DNA from: Planctomycetota bacterium | GTDB taxonomy: Bacteria; JAJVIF01; JAPKYR01 | Length of the DNA: 64,000 bases | NCBI GenBank assembly: GCA_030614715.1 | Contig: JAUWTM010000001.1 | Coordinates: forward strand, 29,661-93,660 | Direction of reading: 5' to 3' | In this document: positions 55,921 to 63,420 of the stretch, one piece after another | How positions within the stretch are numbered: position 1 is the first letter of the stretch | Layout of the letters: each line of letters begins with the position of its first letter | The notes under the pieces: model-generated | The model's database searches: none | Seen by the model: only the letters and a program-made list of their open reading frames with translations | Told to the model about the DNA's origin: nothing | Program-made: the position numbers and the translations under genes

Positions 55921-58875
55921 ATGAATCGGTGTTTACTTTGTTTACTGGCAGGACTGTGTGCAGGACTTATTCTTATCGGGTGTTCCGGGGGTGCCGATCC
56001 TGTCATCCCTGCTGAAAATCCGGATCCTGAACTGACACGCGATACTGTCTCGTCCGTATCCCATACACATCTCTGGGGTCTCTACGATGTTTATGTAGAT
56101 ATTGAGGAAATGGAAGTCACAGCTCTGCCGAGCCGAAGCGTGATGTTCACCTCAAATGTCGTGAATTTCATCAACAATAATCCCTCAAACCTGTCTTTTC
56201 ACATAAATGACGTGGAAACCACTCCGGACTGGATCGGCATCTATACCAGCATCACAGTCGGCCACCCCTTCCCCGGATTCCCCCAATACAACGGGTACGA
56301 TGTTCGCGGGATCTTCATGGGTAACGGTTCCGCTTCGATGGCCTACAACCCCGATCTCGTCTACCCTGTCAAGGGAACCGACCAGATGGTCCTTCCCAAT
56401 CATTGGAACGGCCTCGGCTATCCGGACGGTTACACGCGCTGGTTCAACTATTCGGAATTTTCAGAGGGTGGGATGCCACTGTTCCAGTACACTCAGGGTC
56501 ACTTCGCGACATCCGGGTTCTCAGGCTCCGCAACCCTCAATCCGTACGTGTATTTCGCGGACGGCCTTGATAAGTACGATTATCTGTTCGAGTGGCTCGA
56601 CTCTCACCCCGGCCAGCACGGCCAGTTCGCATCCGGCTCGTTGAACTCACGATATTACTACCTTCGATTCCCCCACACCGATGGTATCTATTACGGCTAC
56701 GCGATCATCGCCGACTGGGGGGGCATTGAACCGGAATTTCACCCGTCGAACGCACCTGAAGCAGTCGCGTGCAGGGTCGACGATAACAGCAATGTCTATT
56801 ACGTGAGCCCGACGGACAATGGCGGGAATCTGGTCCTCGATATCAGCGTCTGGGACTGGGATTCATCCGTGGAAAGCGTAGTCATGGAGGACTACCGGGT
56901 ATTTATCGAATCGACCGTCCTGAGTGGAGTGTATGAATTCGATTCTTCCGACATGACCCCGGTCGATGGCAGCGAAAATTACTCAACCTACCACGTGGAG
57001 ATACCGGCGGATGACGTCACCGGTGTCGATGACAACGAATACTGGGTGATTGTCGAACAGCAGGGACTCGATTACACGAACGATTTCGGGACTCCCAATC
57101 TCGCCGGTACGGATACCCTTGCAGCCTTCTTCCGCTACGATCTCGATGTTTCAGATAATCCCGGGAATACACCCCCGGTAATCATCGATATCACTGACGA
57201 TATCGAGCCCGACGGCCTGAATACTGCACTGACCGACGAGGACATCGCTGTCACTTACATCGTTGACTTCACCGATCCTGACACGGGTCAGACACACACG
57301 ATCGACTGGTACATCGAGAACTCTGGAACCGGTGCTCCGACCGATCCACCGGACGCAATGCCCTATGACTGGTCGCTCAAGGAAATTGGTGATTATGAGA
57401 TCTGGGTAAAGGTCGATGACGGCTACGGTGCTGTGCTCGGAGGTCCGTGGGTGGTCAGCAAGGCAGTCTACGGATGGGTCCGTACGTGGGGAGCAGGTAA
57501 CCAGGACCGTGGTTACGGCGTTGTTGTGGACAGCCAGGGCTATATCTATGTAGCGGGGAATTTCTACAGCACTGTGGACTTCGACCCCGGTCCGGGAACT
57601 GAGGAATATAACTCCGGTGGCAACAGGGACTCTTTCGTCAGCAAGTTCGACTCCGCAGGAAACTTCTACTGGGCACGAACGTGGGGAGGCAGCGAATCGT
57701 TTGGTGGCGGTGCGAGCGATATCACTGTCGACAGCAGCGACAACGTGATAATTTCCGGATATTTCTTCGGCACGGACGTCGATTTCGATCCCGACCCGGC
57801 TGGTGATGACCTTCATACTTCGGTTGGGTCGCAGGACGCTTATGTGACGGTCTTTGATCCCGATGGAGATCACCTGTGGGCAAATACCTGGGGCGGGACC
57901 CACGAATACGGTGATAACTGCATGGGTGTCGACGTCGATTCGTTCGACAACATATACGTTGCTGGCCAGTTCCTCGATACGGTGGACTTTGACCCCGATC
58001 CTGTCGATACCGATCCTCACACAGCGGTCGGATATTACGATTTTTACGTGTCCAGTTTCGACTCGACCGGAGATTTCCGGTGGGCAAACACATTCGGCGG
58101 TGACCTGTACGATTTCGCGTTCGGTTGCGAGGTCGACAGCCTTAACAATGTCTGTGTCGCGGGACGGTTCAACAACCTTCTCGATTTCGACCCGGGTCCG
58201 GGCGATGAAACTCACGATGAGGACGCCGAGGGCAACATGTACCTTGCGAAGTACGATTCGGACGGCGATTTCGTCTGGGTAAAGGTCTTTGGCAGAGGGG
58301 ACGCCTTCAGGATTGCGTTCGACAGCAATGACAACGTCTTCCTCTCAGGTGTCTGGGGCGGGGCATCTCAGTTCGATCCCGATAACCTGACTGAACTGCG
58401 GATCGCGAATGGTGCCCGTGACTGCTACCTGAGCAAATTCAGCTCAACGGGACTGTTCCAGTGGGTCCAGACGTGGGACTCGATCGCGATTACCGACATC
58501 ACATCTGGCTATATTGGCCATCATGTCACAATCGACAGCTCCGACAACATTTACACCACCGGACATTTCACCGGTACCGCGGACCTCGATCCGGATCCGG
58601 TGGATACAGACGATCACGTGTCGAACGGGCTTCGTGATACGTTTCTGAGCAGGTTTGATTCATCCGGAGACCTGGCATGGGCAAGGTCGTGGGGTGGAGA
58701 GTCCACAGACGACGGTGCGGGAATCGCGGTCGATAACGACAGCGGGAACATTTACGGTACCGGCTGGTTCTTCGGCACTGTCGATTTCAACCCCGGCCCG
58801 GACATCGAGGAGCGCACAGCATTAGGCTCACTCGACGCCTTCCTGATCCAGTTGAAACCGGATGGGTACTGGTGA
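55921..58875 (+). CDS. Secreted lipoprotein: family N-module + middle domain + SBBP-type beta-propeller repeats
   Basis: Lipobox LIGCSG. Motifs HLWGLYD, GHPFPGFPQYNGYDVRGI, YPDGYTRWFN, NPYVYFAD, SRYYYLRF, YGYAIIADW, VWDWDS. The C-terminal part has about 8 repeats of DFDP(G/D)P....D.(F/Y)(V/L)SKF...G...W..TWGG. Confidence 0.85.
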   Translation: MNRCLLCLLAGLCAGLILIGCSGGADPVIPAENPDPELTRDTVSSVSHTHLWGLYDVYVDIEEMEVTALPSRSVMFTSNVVNFINNNPSNLSFHINDVETTPDWIGIYTSITVGHPFPGFPQYNGYDVRGIFMGNGSASMAYNPDLVYPVKGTDQMVLPNHWNGLGYPDGYTRWFNYSEFSEGGMPLFQYTQGHFATSGFSGSATLNPYVYFADGLDKYDYLFEWLDSHPGQHGQFASGSLNSRYYYLRFPHTDGIYYGYAIIADWGGIEPEFHPSNAPEAVACRVDDNSNVYYVSPTDNGGNLVLDISVWDWDSSVESVVMEDYRVFIESTVLSGVYEFDSSDMTPVDGSENYSTYHVEIPADDVTGVDDNEYWVIVEQQGLDYTNDFGTPNLAGTDTLAAFFRYDLDVSDNPGNTPPVIIDITDDIEPDGLNTALTDEDIAVTYIVDFTDPDTGQTHTIDWYIENSGTGAPTDPPDAMPYDWSLKEIGDYEIWVKVDDGYGAVLGGPWVVSKAVYGWVRTWGAGNQDRGYGVVVDSQGYIYVAGNFYSTVDFDPGPGTEEYNSGGNRDSFVSKFDSAGNFYWARTWGGSESFGGGASDITVDSSDNVIISGYFFGTDVDFDPDPAGDDLHTSVGSQDAYVTVFDPDGDHLWANTWGGTHEYGDNCMGVDVDSFDNIYVAGQFLDTVDFDPDPVDTDPHTAVGYYDFYVSSFDSTGDFRWANTFGGDLYDFAFGCEVDSLNNVCVAGRFNNLLDFDPGPGDETHDEDAEGNMYLAKYDSDGDFVWVKVFGRGDAFRIAFDSNDNVFLSGVWGGASQFDPDNLTELRIANGARDCYLSKFSSTGLFQWVQTWDSIAITDITSGYIGHHVTIDSSDNIYTTGHFTGTADLDPDPVDTDDHVSNGLRDTFLSRFDSSGDLAWARSWGGESTDDGAGIAVDNDSGNIYGTGWFFGTVDFNPGPDIEERTALGSLDAFLIQLKPDGYW

Positions 58876-58889
58876 TTTTCGTCACGCTG

Positions 58890-59448
58890 ATCGCGCAACC
58901 TGGGAGCGGCTCACAATCAGGACGCTGATATCCTCGTGTTTCTGAACAATGACCGCTATGTGGATCCTGGGTGGCTGGATCCGATGGTGCAATGTATCAG
59001 CGACGGGCACACAATAGTCGGGGCACGTCTGCTGTATCCTGACGGTATGGTTCAGCATGCAGGTGGATGGCTCGGGCCAACATGGAACAATGTATTTCAC
59101 AGGTACCTCCATGACGTCCATCTAAAGGGTGACGATCCCAGGGTGTTAGAAAGTTGTGTTGTCTCCTGGGTTACAGGTGCGCTGTTAGCCATCCCGGCAT
59201 CTGATTTCAGGGAGCTTGGTGGGTTTGATACCGGTTTCAGGAACGGCGGTGAGGATGTCGACCTTTGCCTTAAAGCTCAACTGAAAAACAAGTCCGTGTA
59301 TTACTGTGCTGAAGCGACCGCGATACACGAGGAGGCCCAGACACCCGGACGTCACGATCACTTCACACCTAACACTGCTCGATTTCTTAAACGCTGGGGG
59401 AATACCGACATTAACAGATTCATACCGGATACCGATCAATCAGATTGA
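58890..59448 (+). pseudogene. 5'-truncated family-2 glycosyltransferase fragment
   Basis: The open frame begins right after an in-frame TGA at 58887-58889, 12 nt after the stop of the 984-aa gene. It encodes ...DADILVFLNNDRYVDPGWLDPMV...GARLLYPDGMVQHAGG...VTGALLAI...GFRNGGEDVDLCLK. That is the GT2 core from the DxD-proximal region onward. The N-terminal ~80-aa nucleotide-binding part is missing. Confidence 0.65.
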
Positions 59449-59875
59449 ATATATTGTGCTTTATGATATCGAGCCGAACAGACCACCACCGGGGACGTCC
59501 GCCTGGCACTCCAGGTTGTATCTCGTTAGGGATGTCGCAGATCGCGGTCATCTGGCCGATCCCCACGAACGCACCGACCGAGTTCCCGAGACCCGTAGAC
59601 GGATCATCGTACCCCACGCTCATCATCGAGGCTCCGTGATGATCATCACCCGGTGCCCCGAAGAAATCCTCGGGGGTCGGCTCGGGATTCGGCATCCTGG
59701 GATCGGAATCCCCCCACGGCGACCTGGGCCAGTTGCCCGTGTTCCACCACGACGAGCCGCGTCCGCCCTGCGGGATCAACATCTTCCCGCCGACCGTGTC
59801 ACTCGACGGCGCCGACGAGGTCTCGCCCGTGTCGTAATCGATTTGCTCCATGTGCTCCAGGAACATATCGATCAT
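59420..59875 (-). pseudogene. Truncated orphan copy of the conserved N-terminal region of the 419-aa toxin-like gene
   Basis: Residues ~55-130 of this 151-aa ORF (WGDSDPRMPNPEPTPEDFFGAPGDDHHGASMMSVGYDDPSTGLGNSVGAFVGIGQMTAICDIPNEIQPGVPGG) are nearly identical to the first 66 aa, plus the upstream 7 codons, of the 60548..61807 ORF. The ORF then diverges and ends after 25 aa. Its 3' end overlaps the GT2 fragment tail-to-tail by 29 nt. Confidence 0.5.
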
Positions 59876-59881
59876 CCCTTT

Positions 59882-60520
59882 TTATTCTTGAATTTCTATC
59901 TCACAGATTGCTAAAACTGCGAACGGAGAATGCTCTTCCACAAGTTCATCAGCTACACTCCTGAATTTCAAAGCATCCGCGTAGTTATTAAATAAATGAT
60001 ATTTATTAAGTTCGCCGCTTTCCTCTATAATTGTCCAGTCAATACCACAATTCGTTATCGCAGAAATCCATAAATTTGCATCTATTACATCAAATCCACG
60101 TAACTCGCCATACTCCTCTATGATGTAATTAAATGCATAGAGATATTTATAAAATGAGTATGCAGTTTCTACTCCATCATCAATGCTGCGAGTTCTTTTA
60201 AATTTTAAGATCCTCTCTAATTCAAGTGCCAATCCAAATATCGATGTTACTGGGAATTCCTTATCTAGACCTCCGTATACAACCTTCTTAATTCCCTCTA
60301 ATGAAGTGATCATTTCAAAAGGATGATCTCTTGGTTTGAGTTTTTCATCAGGAGCTATTCTTTCTAAAAATTCAGAATCAGGAGGATGAAGGAAATCCGC
60401 GGTAATAATATAGCAATCAGGTTTATGTTGACCTTGCAGATAGAACTCGTACCCTCGTACTGAGTAGCCGATAAAGATAAATTCATCAAGTACAGAAAAA
60501 ATTTTGCTATCCTTGCGCAT
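59882..60520 (-). CDS. Candidate immunity protein (AT-rich cytoplasmic protein downstream of the toxin-like gene)
   Basis: 212 aa with no signal peptide. Sampled 60-nt blocks are ~37% GC, versus 50-60% in flanking genes. It lies 27 nt downstream of the 419-aa ORF on the same strand. The function is inferred from context only. Confidence 0.5.
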   Translation of the reverse strand: MRKDSKIFSVLDEFIFIGYSVRGYEFYLQGQHKPDCYIITADFLHPPDSEFLERIAPDEKLKPRDHPFEMITSLEGIKKVVYGGLDKEFPVTSIFGLALELERILKFKRTRSIDDGVETAYSFYKYLYAFNYIIEEYGELRGFDVIDANLWISAITNCGIDWTIIEESGELNKYHLFNNYADALKFRSVADELVEEHSPFAVLAICEIEIQE

Positions 60521-60547
60521 TACTCCACTCCATGTGTATTTTAAGTC

Positions 60548-61807
60548 TTAATATCTCCATAATCCTTGATCTTGCAGATAACGAACGACTTCCATCATTT
60601 CATCCCACGTTACTGCCCAACCTTCATCCACCCACTTTCCTTTATACCATTCTTTACGATGTATATGAGGATTATCAATAAATTCCTGTAAGATTTTGTT
60701 AAAGTGCATGCTCCGTTCAGGATTTCTTACTAAATCTATAAATCTACCACCGGATAACGGCACTCTATTTTTTCCCCACAATCTTCGACACACCTTGGCT
60801 AGCCTTTGTAGAGTAACTACTGCAGGTGAAAAATTTGCAAATCCCCGCTCATTTTTCAACATTTTACTGCCACGTGCAAGCCATATACCGATTTTCCCGG
60901 ATTTTGCCAGGATACCGGCCAACTTGAATACCTTTGTCGCACCACCAAACACTAGCTCGCCAGCAAGGATGTGAACCGTGTCCCTCCAAAAATCTCTGAG
61001 GATATTAGCGGCTTCTAATTCCCACATGGCCGCTTCAGCACGGTATCCCGCTATCGTCTCCCTTGCAGCATCGAAATCAAATGGTTTCCCACTGGATTGG
61101 ATTGGATTCATAACACCATCACGAGCCCGGTATCCACCCCGATGAGCTTGGTGATTATAACTGGGATCGTCACCGCGCCAGTTTCCGCCGCCGCGCTGGT
61201 AGGAGTAGTACTCATCCCACGTCATGTTTTCCGTAGTAATGGGCTGTAGTCTTTCATCCCTGGCTCGTGCTGCTGCCTCCTCGTTGATGCCGGTCATTAC
61301 CATGCACCCGGCGTAAATGATGTCCTGTCCTGTTTTATGCCGCCAATGTTCTTCAATCCTGGCTTGAATATTGGCTTCGAGATCCGCAAGCGGGTCCGTT
61401 TCAGGAGGTGCGGTGCCCTCTATCGGACTCGGTACGGGGTTCGGCATAATGGGCGGTCCGCCAGCGATCGGATTACTCGGCATTCCCCCGCCCAGCCTGG
61501 GATCGAAATCTATCCACGGACGCGGCATTCCCGGATTTGTCGTGGGTTTTTCGGGCTTGTATCCGGGCATCGTGCCCCACGGAACGATTCCGTCTGGTCC
61601 GAACAGGCCTCCGCCGGGAACCCCGGGTTGGATTTCATTAGGAATATCGCAGATAGCGGTCATCTGACCGATCCCCACGAACGCACCGACCGAGTTCCCG
61701 AGTCCCGTCGACGGATCGTCATACCCCACACTCATCATCGAGGCTCCGTGATGATCATCACCCGGTGCCCCAAAGAAATCCTCGGGGGTCGGCTCGGGAT
61801 TCGGCAT
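60548..61807 (-). CDS. Candidate polymorphic-toxin-like protein: conserved Gly/Pro-rich N-region + AT-rich variable C-terminal domain
   Basis: 419 aa with no signal peptide. The N-terminal 66 aa are duplicated in the orphan ORF. Pro/Gly linkers are present (GGPPIMPNPVPSPIEGTAPPETDP). GC drops from ~60% (61000-61800) to ~33-47% (60548-60900). The RBS is weak, and homology to the orphan extends upstream of the ATG to a TAG stop. Confidence 0.55.
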   Translation of the reverse strand: MPNPEPTPEDFFGAPGDDHHGASMMSVGYDDPSTGLGNSVGAFVGIGQMTAICDIPNEIQPGVPGGGLFGPDGIVPWGTMPGYKPEKPTTNPGMPRPWIDFDPRLGGGMPSNPIAGGPPIMPNPVPSPIEGTAPPETDPLADLEANIQARIEEHWRHKTGQDIIYAGCMVMTGINEEAAARARDERLQPITTENMTWDEYYSYQRGGGNWRGDDPSYNHQAHRGGYRARDGVMNPIQSSGKPFDFDAARETIAGYRAEAAMWELEAANILRDFWRDTVHILAGELVFGGATKVFKLAGILAKSGKIGIWLARGSKMLKNERGFANFSPAVVTLQRLAKVCRRLWGKNRVPLSGGRFIDLVRNPERSMHFNKILQEFIDNPHIHRKEWYKGKWVDEGWAVTWDEMMEVVRYLQDQGLWRY

Positions 61808-61829
61808 CCTGGGATCGTAATCCCCCCAC
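61601..61829. repeat. ~230-bp direct repeat, partner at 59477..59717 (about 88-90% identity by eye)
   Basis: Both copies read (plus strand) GAACAG...ATCGCAGAT(C/A)GCGGTCATCTG(G/A)CCGATCCCCACGAACGCACCGACCGAGTTCCCGAG...CTCATCATCGAGGCTCCGTGATGATCATCACCCGGTGCCCC(G/A)AAGAAATCCTCGGGGGTCGGCTCGGGATTCGGCATCCTGGGATCG. Confidence 0.9.
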
Positions 61830-61853
61830 TACCAGGCCATTAATCACCTAATA

Positions 61854-63134
61854 TTAATCCCACGGTTCGTCCGACTTATCCAGTTCGAAACAGAACCATG
61901 CTGCAAGGTCCTCACCGACCATTTCGTTGGGAACACCGAACGGATTCGAGTAATCGTAGCCGGGATACCTGGGTATTACCCAGAAATCGTACGCATTATC
62001 TATCTGCAGAATCGCTGTGGGGATCTCGTGATGGAATATCGCGTAATTATCCCCGACTTCCATCGGCACCATATTAAATTCCTGCAGAAATGTACCGCCG
62101 GTCCCGTGATTGGAGACAATGACGAGATGCAGGATGTAATCATCCATGATCCCTGTGTCCAGGTCGACATCCGACAGGGGATCGATCACCTTGAACTCGA
62201 AAACGAAGTAATCCGGATGCTCGGTGGCGTATATTTTCTCGCACGCGATCGCCTCGCGCTGGTTCGACGGGTGAACGTCCGCGGCTTCCCAGTTCGCTGT
62301 CACCGAGTACGCAAATTCAACCGCTGTTTTTGAAAATCGCACGTAGTAATTGCGCGTGTTGGTCGCACCGGATGAAAACACACGGTCGGTGGTCGGGTTT
62401 GCATCGAGCCATTCAATAATTCCGTCGTGCACTCCGAGCCCGTCGGCAAACAACTTGTACGGATTGAGCACTGAAGCCCAGTAGTAGAATTCTGCGTACT
62501 TGTCAGATGCGAAAATCCCCTGCGTGTAACCGAACAGCCCTTCAGTAGTGAAGAACTTCGGATTGTACCACCGCGTGTAACCGTCAGGACCACCGCCGTC
62601 AAGGTTTACCGGATCGTCCATCATTTCCTGGCTGCCGGGATAACCCGGCTGACCATCGTAAAACGTTGATGGCTGGTAGTGCGGATACCCGTTGAATCCC
62701 ATGTTGACGCCGAAATCCGGGAAGCACGTCGCTCCCTCGTTGCCAATGAAAATTCCCCGGACATCGTAGACATTCAGGTGTGGTGCCCCGTAGATCGGGT
62801 GCGTTATGCTGACATCGAAATCGACATCCACGTAATCAACATCGGGGGTGAAATTGTTTACATGGATCGCAAGCGCAGATGGGTTGTTGTTCAGCATCTG
62901 AACAAGATTCATCGTGAACATTGCATGACGGTTTGGGGTAACCGAAATTGTCCCGGCTTGCGGATCGAGTACACACTCGTAGTATCCCCAGAGACGTGTC
63001 GAGTTTCGATGCAACAGCGACTGGTTACGTACAGCAGGATCAGGGGAAACAGGATTCTCTGCTCCCGAAGAGCAGGACATTGTAAACGCCGTGCAAATTA
63101 GACATAGAATTGCGATGAGATTGATGCGCGTCAT
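61854..63134 (-). CDS. Secreted lipoprotein consisting of the family N-module only
   Basis: The ATG at 63134 follows GGAGG and gives MTRINLIAILCLICTAFTMSCSSG. Motifs RLWGYYE, THPIYGAPHLNVYDVRGI, GPDGYTRWYN, NPYKLFADGLG, TRNYYVRF, FAYSVTANW. The ORF stops (..FELDKSDEPWD*) at the boundary where paralogs continue into their C-terminal domains. The track start at 63218 adds 28 non-signal residues. Confidence 0.8.
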   Translation of the reverse strand: MTRINLIAILCLICTAFTMSCSSGAENPVSPDPAVRNQSLLHRNSTRLWGYYECVLDPQAGTISVTPNRHAMFTMNLVQMLNNNPSALAIHVNNFTPDVDYVDVDFDVSITHPIYGAPHLNVYDVRGIFIGNEGATCFPDFGVNMGFNGYPHYQPSTFYDGQPGYPGSQEMMDDPVNLDGGGPDGYTRWYNPKFFTTEGLFGYTQGIFASDKYAEFYYWASVLNPYKLFADGLGVHDGIIEWLDANPTTDRVFSSGATNTRNYYVRFSKTAVEFAYSVTANWEAADVHPSNQREAIACEKIYATEHPDYFVFEFKVIDPLSDVDLDTGIMDDYILHLVIVSNHGTGGTFLQEFNMVPMEVGDNYAIFHHEIPTAILQIDNAYDFWVIPRYPGYDYSNPFGVPNEMVGEDLAAWFCFELDKSDEPWD

Positions 63135-63341
63135 GACACTCCTCCGATTACCGCTTAAATTCGTCGGATTTACTGCCTGATCTCCTGTCCCGGATTCATT
63201 ATAGCATAGCCGCAGCATGCGGTATCAACCGGTCTATATACCCTTGAATTTCCTTGCAGCTCTTCTCATCATATACATGATAATCGGGCGTGATAATAGC
63301 CATCGAAATGAATGGCAGACCAGTGAAAATTATCTAAAAAC

Positions 63342-63369
63342 TTGACAGGGAGTCATGGGGTTGTATAAT
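63342..63369 (+). promoter_or_regulatory. Consensus sigma70-type promoter upstream of carA
   Basis: TTGACA (63342-63347), a 16-nt spacer, then TATAAT (63364-63369), 52 nt upstream of the carA ATG. Confidence 0.6.
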
Positions 63370-63420
63370 GCCGTTGATTTTTTGCCTCGACATAATTCAG
63401 GAGAGGCGGAAAGAGTAGAC

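Noticed and set aside
61808-61853. Simple frameshift or readthrough fusing the module-only lipoprotein (61854..63134) to the 419-aa toxin-like ORF.
   Set aside because: Hand translation of the 46-nt spacer shows stops in the relevant frames: TAA then TAG in the lipoprotein frame, and TGA and TAG in the toxin frame. A single frameshift cannot join them. A past fusion remains possible but is not demonstrable.
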